From NCBI GenBank assembly GCA_963755715.1, contig CAVWLW010000068.1, forward strand, positions 53,304-117,303: DNA of 64,000 nucleotides. The letters run 5' to 3'. This stretch comes from an uncultured delta proteobacterium. GTDB taxonomy: Bacteria; Desulfobacterota; Binatia; UBA9968. The position numbers and the translations under genes are program-made. The notes under the pieces were generated by a model that saw only the letters and a list, made by a program, of their open reading frames with translations, did not search any database and had not been told where the DNA came from. This document shows positions 43,611-53,970 of the stretch, one piece after another. Position 1 is the stretch's first letter. Each line of letters opens with the position of its first letter.

Positions 43611-44147
43611 TTAATTGGCATCCTTCGGCGCGGCGGCGAACTCTTTATCGGGAAACACCGCTAAGGTGTGGCGGCGTCGCAGGACGATCTGCTGCTGCGC
43701 GTTTAGCACCTGTTCCTCTTGGCTGATATAAATCCCCAAGCCTGCTTTGCCCTGACGCGCGACGATATCGACAATAGAACTCCGCGTCGAAAGTTGCTCG
43801 CCCAGGTAAGCCGGCTGAAGCCACTCGGTCTCCGAACCCGCGTTGCGCACGTTGGTGTACTCTCCCGGCAAAGGAATCTGACGTCGCAGATCCGTCGGCT
43901 CGCTTTCGGCTCGCTCGGTGCCTTCCTTGAAGCTGAAAGGCACCCAGCCGACCAGAGTCGGCGGCAGTATGCGGCTGCGATAGCCCGCGTCGCGCGCGAA
44001 ATCGTCGTCCAGCCACAGCGGATTGGCATCGCCGGTGGCATCGACATAGCGGCGCACGTCCGCGGCGCTGATAATTTCCAACGGACGCAACGGCGTTTTT
44101 CGGCCGATCCATTCGCGCAATTCGGGCGTGATAACAGTATCACTCAT
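43611..44147 (-). CDS. MaoC-like dehydratase partner subunit
   Basis: VRRYVDATGDANPLW.D..A, PPT, NAGSETEW. Confidence 0.8.
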   Translation of the reverse strand: MSDTVITPELREWIGRKTPLRPLEIISAADVRRYVDATGDANPLWLDDDFARDAGYRSRILPPTLVGWVPFSFKEGTERAESEPTDLRRQIPLPGEYTNVRNAGSETEWLQPAYLGEQLSTRSSIVDIVARQGKAGLGIYISQEEQVLNAQQQIVLRRRHTLAVFPDKEFAAAPKDAN

Positions 44148-45361
44148 TGAAGCACCTGCTCTCGTTTTAGGTTCTCGATGTCCGCGTCGGAACAGTTTAT
44201 CCACGCGCGCAAAACTTCGCCGCTATGCTCGCCCAAACTTGGCGCGCTGGCCGGGGTGGGAAGATCGACGGAGGACAAAGTAAAGGGCAATTTTGTCGTT
44301 CGCATGGAACCGACGCGCCGTTCGGCCATCTGAGAAAATACCGTCGAGCCAGCCGCGCCGTCGACGACTTCGTTGATGCGGCGCACCCTATCCGCGCTGA
44401 TGCCCGCCGCACGCAAGCGTGCTTCGACTTCTTGACTCGAATATTGCTTGCTCCATGTCGAAATTGCCTGATCGATCTCGTTTTGGTTTTCGTGGCGACC
44501 CGCCAGGTTTTCAAAGCGAGCATCCGTGGCCCAACGTTCTTGGCCGATGAGCTTTGCCAATGCTTGCCACTGGTTATTGGTTTCAACCGAAAGAGCGCAC
44601 CAATTGTCCTTCCCGGCGCACGGATAGACACCCTGCGGCGCGGAGCGGTCGGAGCGATTGCCGCGACGAACGGGCACTTTGCCATCGACGGCGCTGCTTA
44701 GTAATAAAGAACCGATCATCGCGGCACTGCATTCGAATTGACTCAAATCGATCCGTCTTCCTTTTGCGCTATCGCGGCGCTCATCGAGGGCTTGCAGAAT
44801 TGCAAAACAGGCGTGCAATCCGCCGATGTAATCGTTCCAAGAGTTGGATATGGCAGTGGGAGGATCGCCCTCTGCGCCGCTGACCGTCATCAAGCCGCTG
44901 TACCCCTGCAAGTTCATATTCATGCTGGTCCAATCCCGGCGCGGCCCACTGTGGCCGTAGCCGGACATACTGACGTAAATCAGCCGCGAATTGATCGCGC
45001 TGAGCATTTCGTAGCCGAGATTGAGCCGGTCCATCACTCCCGCGCTGAAATTCTCAATCACGATGTCCGACACCGCGGCTAAGCGCGCAGCGATCTTCTG
45101 ACCCATTTCGTTCTTGAGATCGATGGCGATGGAGCGTTTGCTCCGGTTGGTATTTAAATACGAAGCATGGCGGCCATCTGCGCTGACGAAAGTAGATTGC
45201 CAGGGATGATCCGGATGCTTGCTACTTTCCACTCGAACCACGTCTGCGCCCAAATCGGCGAGCAGGCGAGTGCAGAAAGGACCGGCGAGTACATGAGTGA
45301 AATCCAAAACCCGGATGCCAGCAAGCGGCGCGGGTATTCTCATTGAGGCGTCGGTAGACAT
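44144..45361 (-). CDS. Family III CoA-transferase (CaiB/BaiF)
   Basis: PLAGIRVLDF, AGP, LADLGADV, ENF, SGYG, catalytic Asp in WNDYIGG, APSLGEH. Confidence 0.92.
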   Translation of the reverse strand: MSTDASMRIPAPLAGIRVLDFTHVLAGPFCTRLLADLGADVVRVESSKHPDHPWQSTFVSADGRHASYLNTNRSKRSIAIDLKNEMGQKIAARLAAVSDIVIENFSAGVMDRLNLGYEMLSAINSRLIYVSMSGYGHSGPRRDWTSMNMNLQGYSGLMTVSGAEGDPPTAISNSWNDYIGGLHACFAILQALDERRDSAKGRRIDLSQFECSAAMIGSLLLSSAVDGKVPVRRGNRSDRSAPQGVYPCAGKDNWCALSVETNNQWQALAKLIGQERWATDARFENLAGRHENQNEIDQAISTWSKQYSSQEVEARLRAAGISADRVRRINEVVDGAAGSTVFSQMAERRVGSMRTTKLPFTLSSVDLPTPASAPSLGEHSGEVLRAWINCSDADIENLKREQVLQ

Positions 45362-45366
45362 TAGGA

Positions 45367-46371
45367 TTACCTGATATTCAGTTCTTTTTGTGCTTGAATC
45401 AGCAGGTCGCGACTGGCGACTTGGGTTAGCGGAATGTCTTTTTTAACCGTGCCCCGATCGAGCTCGTACTGAATCAAATCCCGCAACGCTTGGTCGGTCA
45501 AGCTGCCATCCGCACTGTAACACGGCAAGTAGTTCTCGAAAGCCGCGCGGGCGGTGGCGAGATCCATGCGGAGCCACTTGGAAGCGATGGCGACGGACTC
45601 TTCTTGATGCTCGCGGATGAATTTGAGCGCTTCGATGCTGCCCTTGATGGTCCGTTTGACCTGATCGGAGGATTGCTTGAGTTTCTTATCCGTAACGACG
45701 ATGGCGTTTTGTGTCAGCGGCACTTGGTCGCGGCTCCATAGCAATACTTTGTAACCTCTCTTGGCGCCAAAAATATCGAATGGAGAGGAGAGAATACTCG
45801 CATCGATTTTGCCTGCGTCCATCGCTGCGAGCCTGGCGGCATTATCGCCCGCGGGCAAAAGGTTGACGTCTTTTCCGGGTTCCATGCCGGCGCGGCGGAA
45901 AAGCGTGACCGTCGTTAAATAAGCCTGGCTGCCAAAGGTACTGATGCCCACCGTTTTGCTGCGTAGATCGGTGAGTGTCTGGACATTCGGCTTCACCAAC
46001 AAAAGATAGCCGAGCTTATCTTGTGTCGTCATGATCAATTTGATCGGCAGTCCCTTGATCGCTCCCGATATTCCCGGCCCAGTACAGACCGCGTAGTCGA
46101 GATCCTCGGAAAGCAGCGCGTTCGTCGCGATCGCACAGGCGATCAAGACGTGCTCGGTCCCGAGCCCGTGCTTGGCATAAAAGCCTTTCCGCTCCGCGAC
46201 GACCGTGGGCAAGAAACCCAGCGACGCGGTCGAAATGCCGATACGAATTCGGTCTTGAGCATGCAGGCCGCGCGCAGCCGCCGTCGATAGCAAAGCGCAA
46301 ATGAATAAGCTCACTTTGAAGATTAAACGCGCATTGTGACCGTCCGCTTTTGAAGCCAAACTTGTTTTCAC
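45367..46371 (-). CDS. ABC-type solute-binding protein (NitT/TauT/SsuA-like)
   Basis: Signal peptide, VAERKGFY..GL, DLRSKTVGI, G.EPGKDV; GTG start with AGGAG. Confidence 0.85.
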   Translation of the reverse strand: MKTSLASKADGHNARLIFKVSLFICALLSTAAARGLHAQDRIRIGISTASLGFLPTVVAERKGFYAKHGLGTEHVLIACAIATNALLSEDLDYAVCTGPGISGAIKGLPIKLIMTTQDKLGYLLLVKPNVQTLTDLRSKTVGISTFGSQAYLTTVTLFRRAGMEPGKDVNLLPAGDNAARLAAMDAGKIDASILSSPFDIFGAKRGYKVLLWSRDQVPLTQNAIVVTDKKLKQSSDQVKRTIKGSIEALKFIREHQEESVAIASKWLRMDLATARAAFENYLPCYSADGSLTDQALRDLIQYELDRGTVKKDIPLTQVASRDLLIQAQKELNIR

Positions 46372-46373
46372 AA

Positions 46374-46545
46374 CTAGACTCTCCTGTCGAAACCGTCCGC
46401 CGGTTTGAGATCGTAAACCCGCGCGGCGTAGCCGATCGCCAACTTTTGCAGCTTGGTTCCATCGGCGGACCACACCGGGGCTGAAAAACACAAAAGCGAC
46501 AACAACAATAGGGTGATGGCGCATCGTTTGATGAACGTCGAAACT
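46374..46545 (-). pseudogene. 5' remnant of another solute-binding protein
   Basis: CAITLLLLSLLCFSAPVWSADGTKLQKLAIGY: signal peptide plus first strand, then stop. Confidence 0.45.
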
Positions 46546-46618
46546 TCTCTCGGGCGATTAGTCGGTTGAAGACGCAAAGAAGGGCCGAGAAAAAACCACG
46601 AAGAGTTCCACTGAAAGA

Positions 46619-47638
46619 TCATTTCCCCAACTTGGTGAAAAATCCCTCGTTGTCGATTTCCCGGATCAGCGACGCGTCAAAAAAGTCTGAGGTTTTCATG
46701 TTTTCGAGCTTGGGGGCTGTTTCTCGTAGATCTTCGATGCTCGTCTGAATGGAATCCTCGCGCGGATAGGGTTTGGCAGGAATCGCTTCCAGGAATTGCA
46801 CTCGATAAGTGAAGTCCAAGAGTTTTGGATTATCGATCCGCATGTACTTGCGAAATACTTGATAGGCCAGTTCTCGGTTTCTTCTGCCCGCGGCGATGGC
46901 GTCGCTGTAGGCCATGAAAAATGCTTTAAGCCGCGGCCGCAACTCCTTCAGGGTTTGTCTCGTGGTATTGATCTCACTGCCGGGAGCCGGCACGCCGAAG
47001 TCTTTCGGTTCTCCTAACACGGAGATTTTCTGCCCGCCCAAGTCAACGACTTGAAAAACTTTGTCGGATTCGCCGATGGTTGCATCGATCTTACCTTGTA
47101 ACATCAATTGAATCCGTTTATCCGATTCACTCACGCCGGTGGGAATGAGCGATACGTCTTTGCCCAAGGTAAATCCCAATTTCGCCAGGATGCGGCGTAG
47201 CAAAAAATCGGTGCCGGCGCCGATGCGGCTGCTACCGACGATTTTTCCTTTGAGGTCCGCAGGAGCTTTAATCGACGGCACCGCAATCAGTTGATAGGGC
47301 AAAGCGCCATTGGTGGAGACCGTAACGACCGGCGCGCCGCGCGCCACGGCGCTAACGACGGTCGAGCTGGAATCCGTGGTTAGATGAACATTTCCAGCAA
47401 GCAGCGCGGTTAGAGAAACGCTGCCGGCCGCGATGTTCACGAGCTTCACATCGAGACCGTATTTTTCGTAGAGTCCCAAGTCCTTGGCGATCCAATAAGG
47501 CGCTCGGTTGCCGGTAAAAGAGCTGTAAGAAACGATCAAGGGTTCGAGCTTTCTTTCCTGCGCAGAGGCAAAGCTTGACGCTAATAATGCCAGCCAGCAA
47601 ATGACTGAAAGTATGCGACGCAACAAGGCTTTCTCCAC
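46619..47638 (-). CDS. ABC-type solute-binding protein (NitT/TauT/SsuA-like)
   Basis: Signal peptide, PYWIAKDLGLYEKYGLDV, DLKGK, FFDASL..EIDNEGF. Confidence 0.88.
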   Translation of the reverse strand: MEKALLRRILSVICWLALLASSFASAQERKLEPLIVSYSSFTGNRAPYWIAKDLGLYEKYGLDVKLVNIAAGSVSLTALLAGNVHLTTDSSSTVVSAVARGAPVVTVSTNGALPYQLIAVPSIKAPADLKGKIVGSSRIGAGTDFLLRRILAKLGFTLGKDVSLIPTGVSESDKRIQLMLQGKIDATIGESDKVFQVVDLGGQKISVLGEPKDFGVPAPGSEINTTRQTLKELRPRLKAFFMAYSDAIAAGRRNRELAYQVFRKYMRIDNPKLLDFTYRVQFLEAIPAKPYPREDSIQTSIEDLRETAPKLENMKTSDFFDASLIREIDNEGFFTKLGK

Positions 47639-47734
47639 TCGAAACCGAAACGAAATGACAATCTAGAGCATAGATAAGAGATTTGGTTTCTTTATTCAAA
47701 TATAATATTTGATGAAAACGATAGATCACCGTCA

Positions 47735-47870
47735 ATGGAAATTAATCTTCATCAGCTGGAGATATTCTTTGTATAGCGCGCGAACTGAGCTTCTCGAAGC
47801 CAGCGGAAAAACTGGGAATCAGCCAGCCAGGTATCCGTCCAAATAAAAAACCTCGAGGATTCTTGGGTCG
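47735..47870 (+). pseudogene. LysR-type regulator N-terminal HTH remnant
   Basis: MEINLHQLEIF / IARELSFSKPAEKLGISQP / VSVQIKNLEDS across frameshifts, then truncated. T-N11-A palindrome ATCTAGAGCATAGAT at 47661-47675. Confidence 0.7.
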
Positions 47871-47969
47871 CATTGAAGTTCTGTAGATTCGTGCGACGGA
47901 TGATTCAATTCAAATCGACCGGTAAATAATCAATTCACTTCTTGATCGACCGCAGCGATCCTGCCGAAA

Positions 47970-49040
47970 TCAGCGCAGTTGGAAAATTTCCTTCCACAAC
48001 TTTTCGTATTTAGGAAATTCGTTTATCTCAGTCGCGGACAGCAGGTAGATCGCTGCCGGCCGTGTTTTCTCGGTCGGCTCGACATTGGGGTGAGCCGGAG
48101 TTTCGCCGGCCTGGGCATAAATTTTTTGTCCTTCTTCACTGATCGCCCAACGCGCCCAAAGCAAAGCCGCGTTCGGATGGGGCGCGCCGTTGAGTATCGA
48201 GACACTGCCGCCAACCTCTCCCACTCCCTCGCTAAGCATCGGTTGAATGGGCGCGCCTTTTTTTATTCGGGGGGCAAAGTGGTGCGAATAACAAGTGAGG
48301 CAAACCGGCGCCTGTCCCGCCACCAGCAGCTCAATGAGATCCGAATGACCTTTGTGAAATTCGACCCCGTTCGAGGCAATCTTCTTGAACAAGTCGACGG
48401 CCTTTTCATCGCTCTGGTATTTTCGTTTGGCCAGACCCATCAACAACTGAAAATCACGCGGCTCGGCGATCAGCTTGTTCTTCCACTTGGTATCCGCGAG
48501 ATCTTCGAATTGCTTTGGCTCTTCTCCTTTCTTGACAAGGTTGGTGTTCCATCCCGCGATGTAAAACTGGGTGTCGGTGGCAACCCAATTGGCTCCTTTC
48601 AGGAGTGCCGGGTAGCTCGCCGCTTCCGGGAGTGAGAGCGGCGCGAGCAGCTTCTGCTCTATCAACCGGGTCAGATAAGTGACAGTGCCGCCGAATACGT
48701 CTGCGATCGTTCTGCCGCCCCGCGACTCCGCCATGATGCGCGTCACCAGGGCATCCGAAGTCGCGTCGATATGGTTAACTTGGACGGCGGGAAATCTTTT
48801 CTTGAACGCCGGCAGAATGATTTCCTCCGAACGGACGGATAGGGAACTATAGAGAGTTAGCTGGCCGCCTTCTTTTTTAACCTTTTCGTAAAGCTCATCG
48901 AGAGACTCGCTCTTTGCCGCCGTAGCGGCAGGTGAAGACGGTGATGCAGCATCGGCAGCGGGAGCATGAAGCACGCAAAGGAATGCATAGAAAACAAACA
49001 CGCCGACAAAACAGTTGAAGAAAGTGTTGTTCCTATTCAT
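47970..49040 (-). CDS. Extracellular solute-binding protein (Fe3+/polyamine cluster type)
   Basis: Signal peptide, KKEGGQLTLYSS, WNTNLV, DLAD.KWK, APHPNAALL..W..S.EGQ. Confidence 0.87.
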   Translation of the reverse strand: MNRNNTFFNCFVGVFVFYAFLCVLHAPAADAASPSSPAATAAKSESLDELYEKVKKEGGQLTLYSSLSVRSEEIILPAFKKRFPAVQVNHIDATSDALVTRIMAESRGGRTIADVFGGTVTYLTRLIEQKLLAPLSLPEAASYPALLKGANWVATDTQFYIAGWNTNLVKKGEEPKQFEDLADTKWKNKLIAEPRDFQLLMGLAKRKYQSDEKAVDLFKKIASNGVEFHKGHSDLIELLVAGQAPVCLTCYSHHFAPRIKKGAPIQPMLSEGVGEVGGSVSILNGAPHPNAALLWARWAISEEGQKIYAQAGETPAHPNVEPTEKTRPAAIYLLSATEINEFPKYEKLWKEIFQLR

Positions 49041-49051
49041 GAGATGTCCAA

Positions 49052-50086
49052 TCACAACTGCGTTCCTTTTTTGATCGACTCAGCGAGTTCGCGCAGATAC
49101 TCTTCCTGCTCTTTGCCCTCGTATAACGCCAGAGAGCCGTCGTTTTTCAGCGGGATACCGCCGAAGAAATGAAACGCATGGCCATCCCAGTCGTAAAACT
49201 CATCGCCCCGTTGATAGATCTCCTTCCACTTGTAGCCGGTCGGACTGCGGTGTAGTCCGGTGCGCGCCGGAAAGTTGTCTTCCTTTTCGCGCGAATCATT
49301 GAGATGCTCCTTCGGACCTGCCTCTTCCGGTAGCCCATCCCACATGCGCCGGTAGTTGGGCAGGAACTCTTCTTCGCGGACCAACAACGCCGTGTGCATG
49401 TCCCACCATGGACTGTGTCCGGCGATACGCTCATCGACCTTGTCGACCAATTTATAGATAAACCGGGCGCCCGCTCGCATGCGCAGAACCAGCGTCCCTT
49501 CGGCGGTTTGAGAACTACGCTCCACTTCCATGCCGCAGTACTTCTCGAAAAAGCCCGCGGTTCGCGCCAGATCCCGCGAACCGTAAACCGCATGGCTGAT
49601 GCGGCCGACTCTCTGATCGGTGGCGATCTCCATGGCGCCTTCGGGCATGTGCAGCGGCGCCCAGAACTCGAATTGATTGCCGTCGGGATCGGCGAAGTAG
49701 ATGACCGTGCCTTCTTCGCCCTCGGCAGCTGTTTTTACCGGGTCGGTGTGCACGATCTTGTGCTGGTCGAGCCGCTTAAGGTGCATGTCGATGTCTTCCA
49801 ACCTGATGTAAAAGCCGCAGCGCGGCAGATCCTTGCCCAGCTCTTTGGCGGACGGGTAGACATCCGGTTGAAGAAAAGCGCCGATGCGGCACGAGCCGCC
49901 GTCCCACCACATGAAGCAGAAGATCGGGGTATTTTTCTTTCGGTTATTCGTGGTGAGACCATTGATCGGTCGGATCGGCAGTCCCGTAGCGTTCAGCGCC
50001 CAGTAAGTCCAGCTCGGCAAGTCGTTAGTGCCGACGACGTAATGATCGATCCAATGTACTGCTCCTTTGGGTTCGACGTTGGTCAT
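49052..50086 (-). CDS. Tandem VOC (glyoxalase/extradiol dioxygenase fold) protein
   Basis: IDHYVV, IYFADPDGNQFEF, ISHAVY, FYDWDGH. Confidence 0.75.
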   Translation of the reverse strand: MTNVEPKGAVHWIDHYVVGTNDLPSWTYWALNATGLPIRPINGLTTNNRKKNTPIFCFMWWDGGSCRIGAFLQPDVYPSAKELGKDLPRCGFYIRLEDIDMHLKRLDQHKIVHTDPVKTAAEGEEGTVIYFADPDGNQFEFWAPLHMPEGAMEIATDQRVGRISHAVYGSRDLARTAGFFEKYCGMEVERSSQTAEGTLVLRMRAGARFIYKLVDKVDERIAGHSPWWDMHTALLVREEEFLPNYRRMWDGLPEEAGPKEHLNDSREKEDNFPARTGLHRSPTGYKWKEIYQRGDEFYDWDGHAFHFFGGIPLKNDGSLALYEGKEQEEYLRELAESIKKGTQL

Positions 50087-50147
50087 GATTTAATCCTCCG
50101 TGAAATTAAGCTGCATGCCGTCAACCGCAACTATAATCCAAACAAAT

Positions 50148-51083
50148 CTAATCGACCATATGCGTGGTCGCCTTCAAGTGCTTATCGATAGTGACGTAAC
50201 CTTTCCACTGATCGACGAACCAGTAGCGCACGCCAAACTCGAAGCGCAGCTCCTTCATGTCTCTGTCGAACGGATTGAAGTGCTGGTGGTGCAGCATCCC
50301 CGGAGGCACGTGCACCGCGTCGCCTTGGTTCCAATCATAGCGTTTGCCGCCAATCTCCGAGTAACCGTCCCCTTCAAGCGCATACAGATAGGCTTCCGGG
50401 TGGGCGTGGCTGTGGCTCTTGGTGTGCGGCAAGTCCACAAAGATCGAGCTGATCGCGACCCCGGTGGCCTTGAAACCGTTCTGCTTGCCGCTGCGGCCCA
50501 TTAAGAAGTAAGTCGCGCCGTGCTTGGACTCGTCGGACTTCTCGTGCTGCTTTTGGTGCAGCGCGATGCGCCGGCCGTCTTCGGGCCAGTACTGGGACTC
50601 TTCTTTGGGAAATGACGCTAAAACCTTAGGATCGTTCTCGCCGCACTCTTCGAGCTGTTCGAGCTTGCCCATGTAGGTGTCGGCTTCGAGGTGCCAGGCC
50701 AAGCCGGATAGGTATCCCACCGGCGCTTTTCCCGTGTTGAAGAGCTGGTGCGTGGAGCGATAGGGGACGTGAAAGATGGTTCCGGGAAAAAAGTCGTAGC
50801 GCTTGTCGTCCAGAACCAGGAAGCCTTCGCCGCTTTCGACATAAATGGCTTCTTCGCCGTGAAAGTGCTTGCCGGTGTGCCAGCCGACGGGAATCTCGGC
50901 GCGCATCAGACAGCTCCCGCCGGTGGGAAACCCGAGCTCGGGGGCGATCATCAAGGCGGCTTTGTGATCCTGGGGCGTGCGCTCCCACTTTAAGTCTTTG
51001 GACCGCGTGACCCGCGGCGCTTCGTCGACTTTCTTTTGATTGCTCTTGGACCGTTCTAACCAGGCACTGTAAAAATCGCTCAT
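50148..51083 (-). CDS. Bicupin protein (gentisate-dioxygenase-like architecture)
   Basis: HFHGEEAIYV..G.G..HQLFN and HSHAHPEAYLY..W.QGD..PP..HHQHFN. Confidence 0.8.
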   Translation of the reverse strand: MSDFYSAWLERSKSNQKKVDEAPRVTRSKDLKWERTPQDHKAALMIAPELGFPTGGSCLMRAEIPVGWHTGKHFHGEEAIYVESGEGFLVLDDKRYDFFPGTIFHVPYRSTHQLFNTGKAPVGYLSGLAWHLEADTYMGKLEQLEECGENDPKVLASFPKEESQYWPEDGRRIALHQKQHEKSDESKHGATYFLMGRSGKQNGFKATGVAISSIFVDLPHTKSHSHAHPEAYLYALEGDGYSEIGGKRYDWNQGDAVHVPPGMLHHQHFNPFDRDMKELRFEFGVRYWFVDQWKGYVTIDKHLKATTHMVD

Positions 51084-51285
51084 TCTTCCTCCTGTATGTC
51101 TTGTCAATAGTTCTCTCTATAATCCAACCTATAAGGATCGGGCGCCTGAGTCCAATATATAATCTTCATGGGATGGATAGACATTTGTAAATGAAGATCG
51201 ACGCACGCTCAACCTATAGACGCCACAGACGAATAATAAGGATTGCCGCGAGGTTCTGAAGCGTCGCCTCGAGGTCGGTTCCATA

Positions 51286-53834
51286 TCAGACTAGCTCGCG
51301 CACAACTTCACGCGGCTCTTTGTCTTCGCGCAGGCCGGCAAATTTAGCCTGCCGCAAATGGCCGTCTGGGGTCCATTCTGTAAACTCGATCTGTGCGACT
51401 AATTGAGGCTTTAGCCATACGCAGTTTTTCATTTCCTCGCGGGTCAACGCCCAGGGCGTGCGACTTTTTTTTTCCGGGAGGTTGCCGAAGGGACACGCCT
51501 CTATTTCAAGGCCCTTGAATTTTCCATAGACGTCGCGCCGGACACGTGGAACGAAACCGTTTCTCACCTTCGCCGCAAAGTAGAGCTGGTTGTCCTGGTA
51601 GTAGCCGACAATGAGCGCATCGAAAGGGTTTCCCGGTGTGTAGCCGCCGATCACCAGCTCTTGACCTTTGTTGATCCTGTACTTGACCCATGCGCCGCTT
51701 CGTTTGCCCGGCTCGTAGAGGGAATGCTTACGTTTGGCGACGACTCCTTCAAACCCGAGTTGTTTAGCAATGCGAGGCAACTCTGCAGAATCGACTTCAA
51801 AGCTCTCCGACATCTGGATAGATTCGCCAAGCGAAGCAACCACCTGAGCGAGTAGCTCGCGACGCTTCGATAATTCTAAACCGAGCAGGCTGCGTCCCCG
51901 GTAAATTAAAAGATCAAAAGCGTAGAAACGGATCGTGTTTGCCCGTGATCGATGCTGGAGCAAATTGAAGGACATGCGGCCTTGACCATCCAGCGCGACA
52001 ACTTCACCATCGATGAGTGTATCGCTGGGAAGGTCCGCGCACGCTTGGGCGACGCCCGGAAAATCCTCGGTGAAGAGATTTTCGCGCCGCGACCAGAGCC
52101 GAACGCCGCGCGAATCTTTTCCGGCGAGACAGCGGTAACCGTCCAGCTTGATTTCGTACATCCAGTCATCACTGTTTTGCGGCAGTTTCGCCACCGCGTC
52201 TGCAAGCATCGGCTCGATGAATTTTACTGGCGCGCGCGGCAATGACTCGAGATTCAAATCCTTGCCTACCTCAATCAAGGAACCCCGCTTCGGATCGGCT
52301 CTATTGCTATGCCAGACGGCATCACCGTCCTGCGCGATTTTTTCCATGGGACGACCGGTCAAGGCTGAAGAATCTTCTTCCTTCTGAGACAGCCTCTCCA
52401 TTCCCTGGCCGCCTTTGATAAAAAACCAGGCATTGCCTTTTTCGTCACGATTATGACTCTTGACGAGAATCCATTCTCCCTTGAGTTTTTTGCCGTTGAG
52501 AAATACGTGAAGCTTTCCTTGCCAATAATTCCCGTCCATCAGCTCATAGGTGCCGATGTCCCAGACCATCACCGTGCCGCCGCCGTATTCTCGCCACGAG
52601 GAATCAAGCCTTCGAATTTGGCATATTCCATCGGGTGATCTTCAGTCGCCATCGCGAGCCGGCGCTCGTTGAGATCATACGGCGGTCCTTTGGGCACCGC
52701 CCACGACTTGAGGGTGCCGTCCATTTCAAGACGGAAGTCATAGTGAAGGCGACTGGCCGCGTGTTTCTGAATGACGAATAGTTTTCGACTTCCTGGATGG
52801 CTCGATTTCGGCATCGAGGGAGGCGGTTCGGCAGTCTTCGTGAAGTCGCGCTTGCGGCGATAGGTGTCAAGCGGGTCGGCTCGGGGCGCATGACGAGGGT
52901 TTTTCTTGTCGGACATGAGCTCCAAAAATGGCTGCGGAAGTGTTTGCTTGAGCGTCGGTACCGGAGCGAACGGGTCGCCATTCTTTTTCACTTCCCGGAG
53001 GGCGGCATCCGGCTCGAAAAAAAGCGCTCTTGCGTCCCCTTTCTTTAGCGCCTTGCGCAATTGCGCCCAGCTCACCGGCATGGCGACAAACGGTCCGTTT
53101 GCATTGGCCCGTAAGGAGTAAACAGCGACGGTGGATTTATGTTCTGAGTTTTGACTCCAATCGACAAGCACTTTTCCTTTGCGTTTGTGCTTCGGCATTT
53201 CTGAGACGATCAGATCGGCATGTTCGCGCTCGAGTAGCTGGGCGATGCTTTTGGCAAATGGCTGGCTCGCTTCGTAACTGATCTTGGTATTCAGCGGCAC
53301 ATGCAAATGAAGGCCTTTAGAGCCGGAAACTTTTACAAATGACTTGAGGTTGAGCCGGTCCAGTAAATCTTTGACTAAGAACGCGACTTCGCAGGATTTT
53401 AAAATATCCGCCCCATCTCCAGGATCAAGGTCAAAAACAACCATCGTCGGTCGTTCGATGTGCGGCGCTTTCGCGAGAAACGGATGGAGCTCCAGATTTG
53501 CCAGGTTGGCGCACCAAATGAGGCTCGGCAGATCGTTGATCAGAATATAATTGACGACCGAGTTTTCGTGGGTGTGCGGGATCGGGAATTTTTTTATCCA
53601 GGGGGGCGTAAACGACGGTGCATTTTTTTCGTAAAAATACTGCCCATCGACTCCGTCGGGATATCGTTTCAAGGTGATCGGCCGATCTTTGAGATGAGGC
53701 AAAAGATAGCGCGATATGGAAGTATAAAAGTCGATGACCTGGCCTTTGGTAAAGCCGGTCTTTGGATACATGATTTTATCGAGATTGGAGAGGGCGAGAC
53801 TTTTACCGCCGATTTTCACCGCTGCCGATGCCAT
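51286..53834 (-). CDS. ligD: NHEJ DNA ligase D, polymerase-phosphoesterase-ligase order (frameshift near 52590)
   Basis: [26 protein letters not shown] (Pol); [28 protein letters not shown] (PE); [19 protein letters not shown] (Lig). Confidence 0.92.
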
Positions 53835-53970
53835 CGCAACTTTATATAATTTTCCAGCACGCTGATCTAGACAAGATTGGAGGTGGCGGGTTGGCAATGC
53901 TAGACAGATGCCAGACACACCAGAGCTGAGACGCTTGATTTAGAACGGCTTTGATTGTTTACTACCGAGT

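Noticed and set aside
46374-46524. N-terminal 50 aa of the 385-aa ORF 45367-46524
   Set aside because: Non-signal-like and out of frame with an SBP stub; a GTG at 46371 with AGGAG is the better start.
52560-52600. Programmed frameshift or natural split in ligD
   Set aside because: There is no slippery heptamer, and the break falls inside the conserved [12 protein letters not shown] motif, consistent with a 2-bp error.
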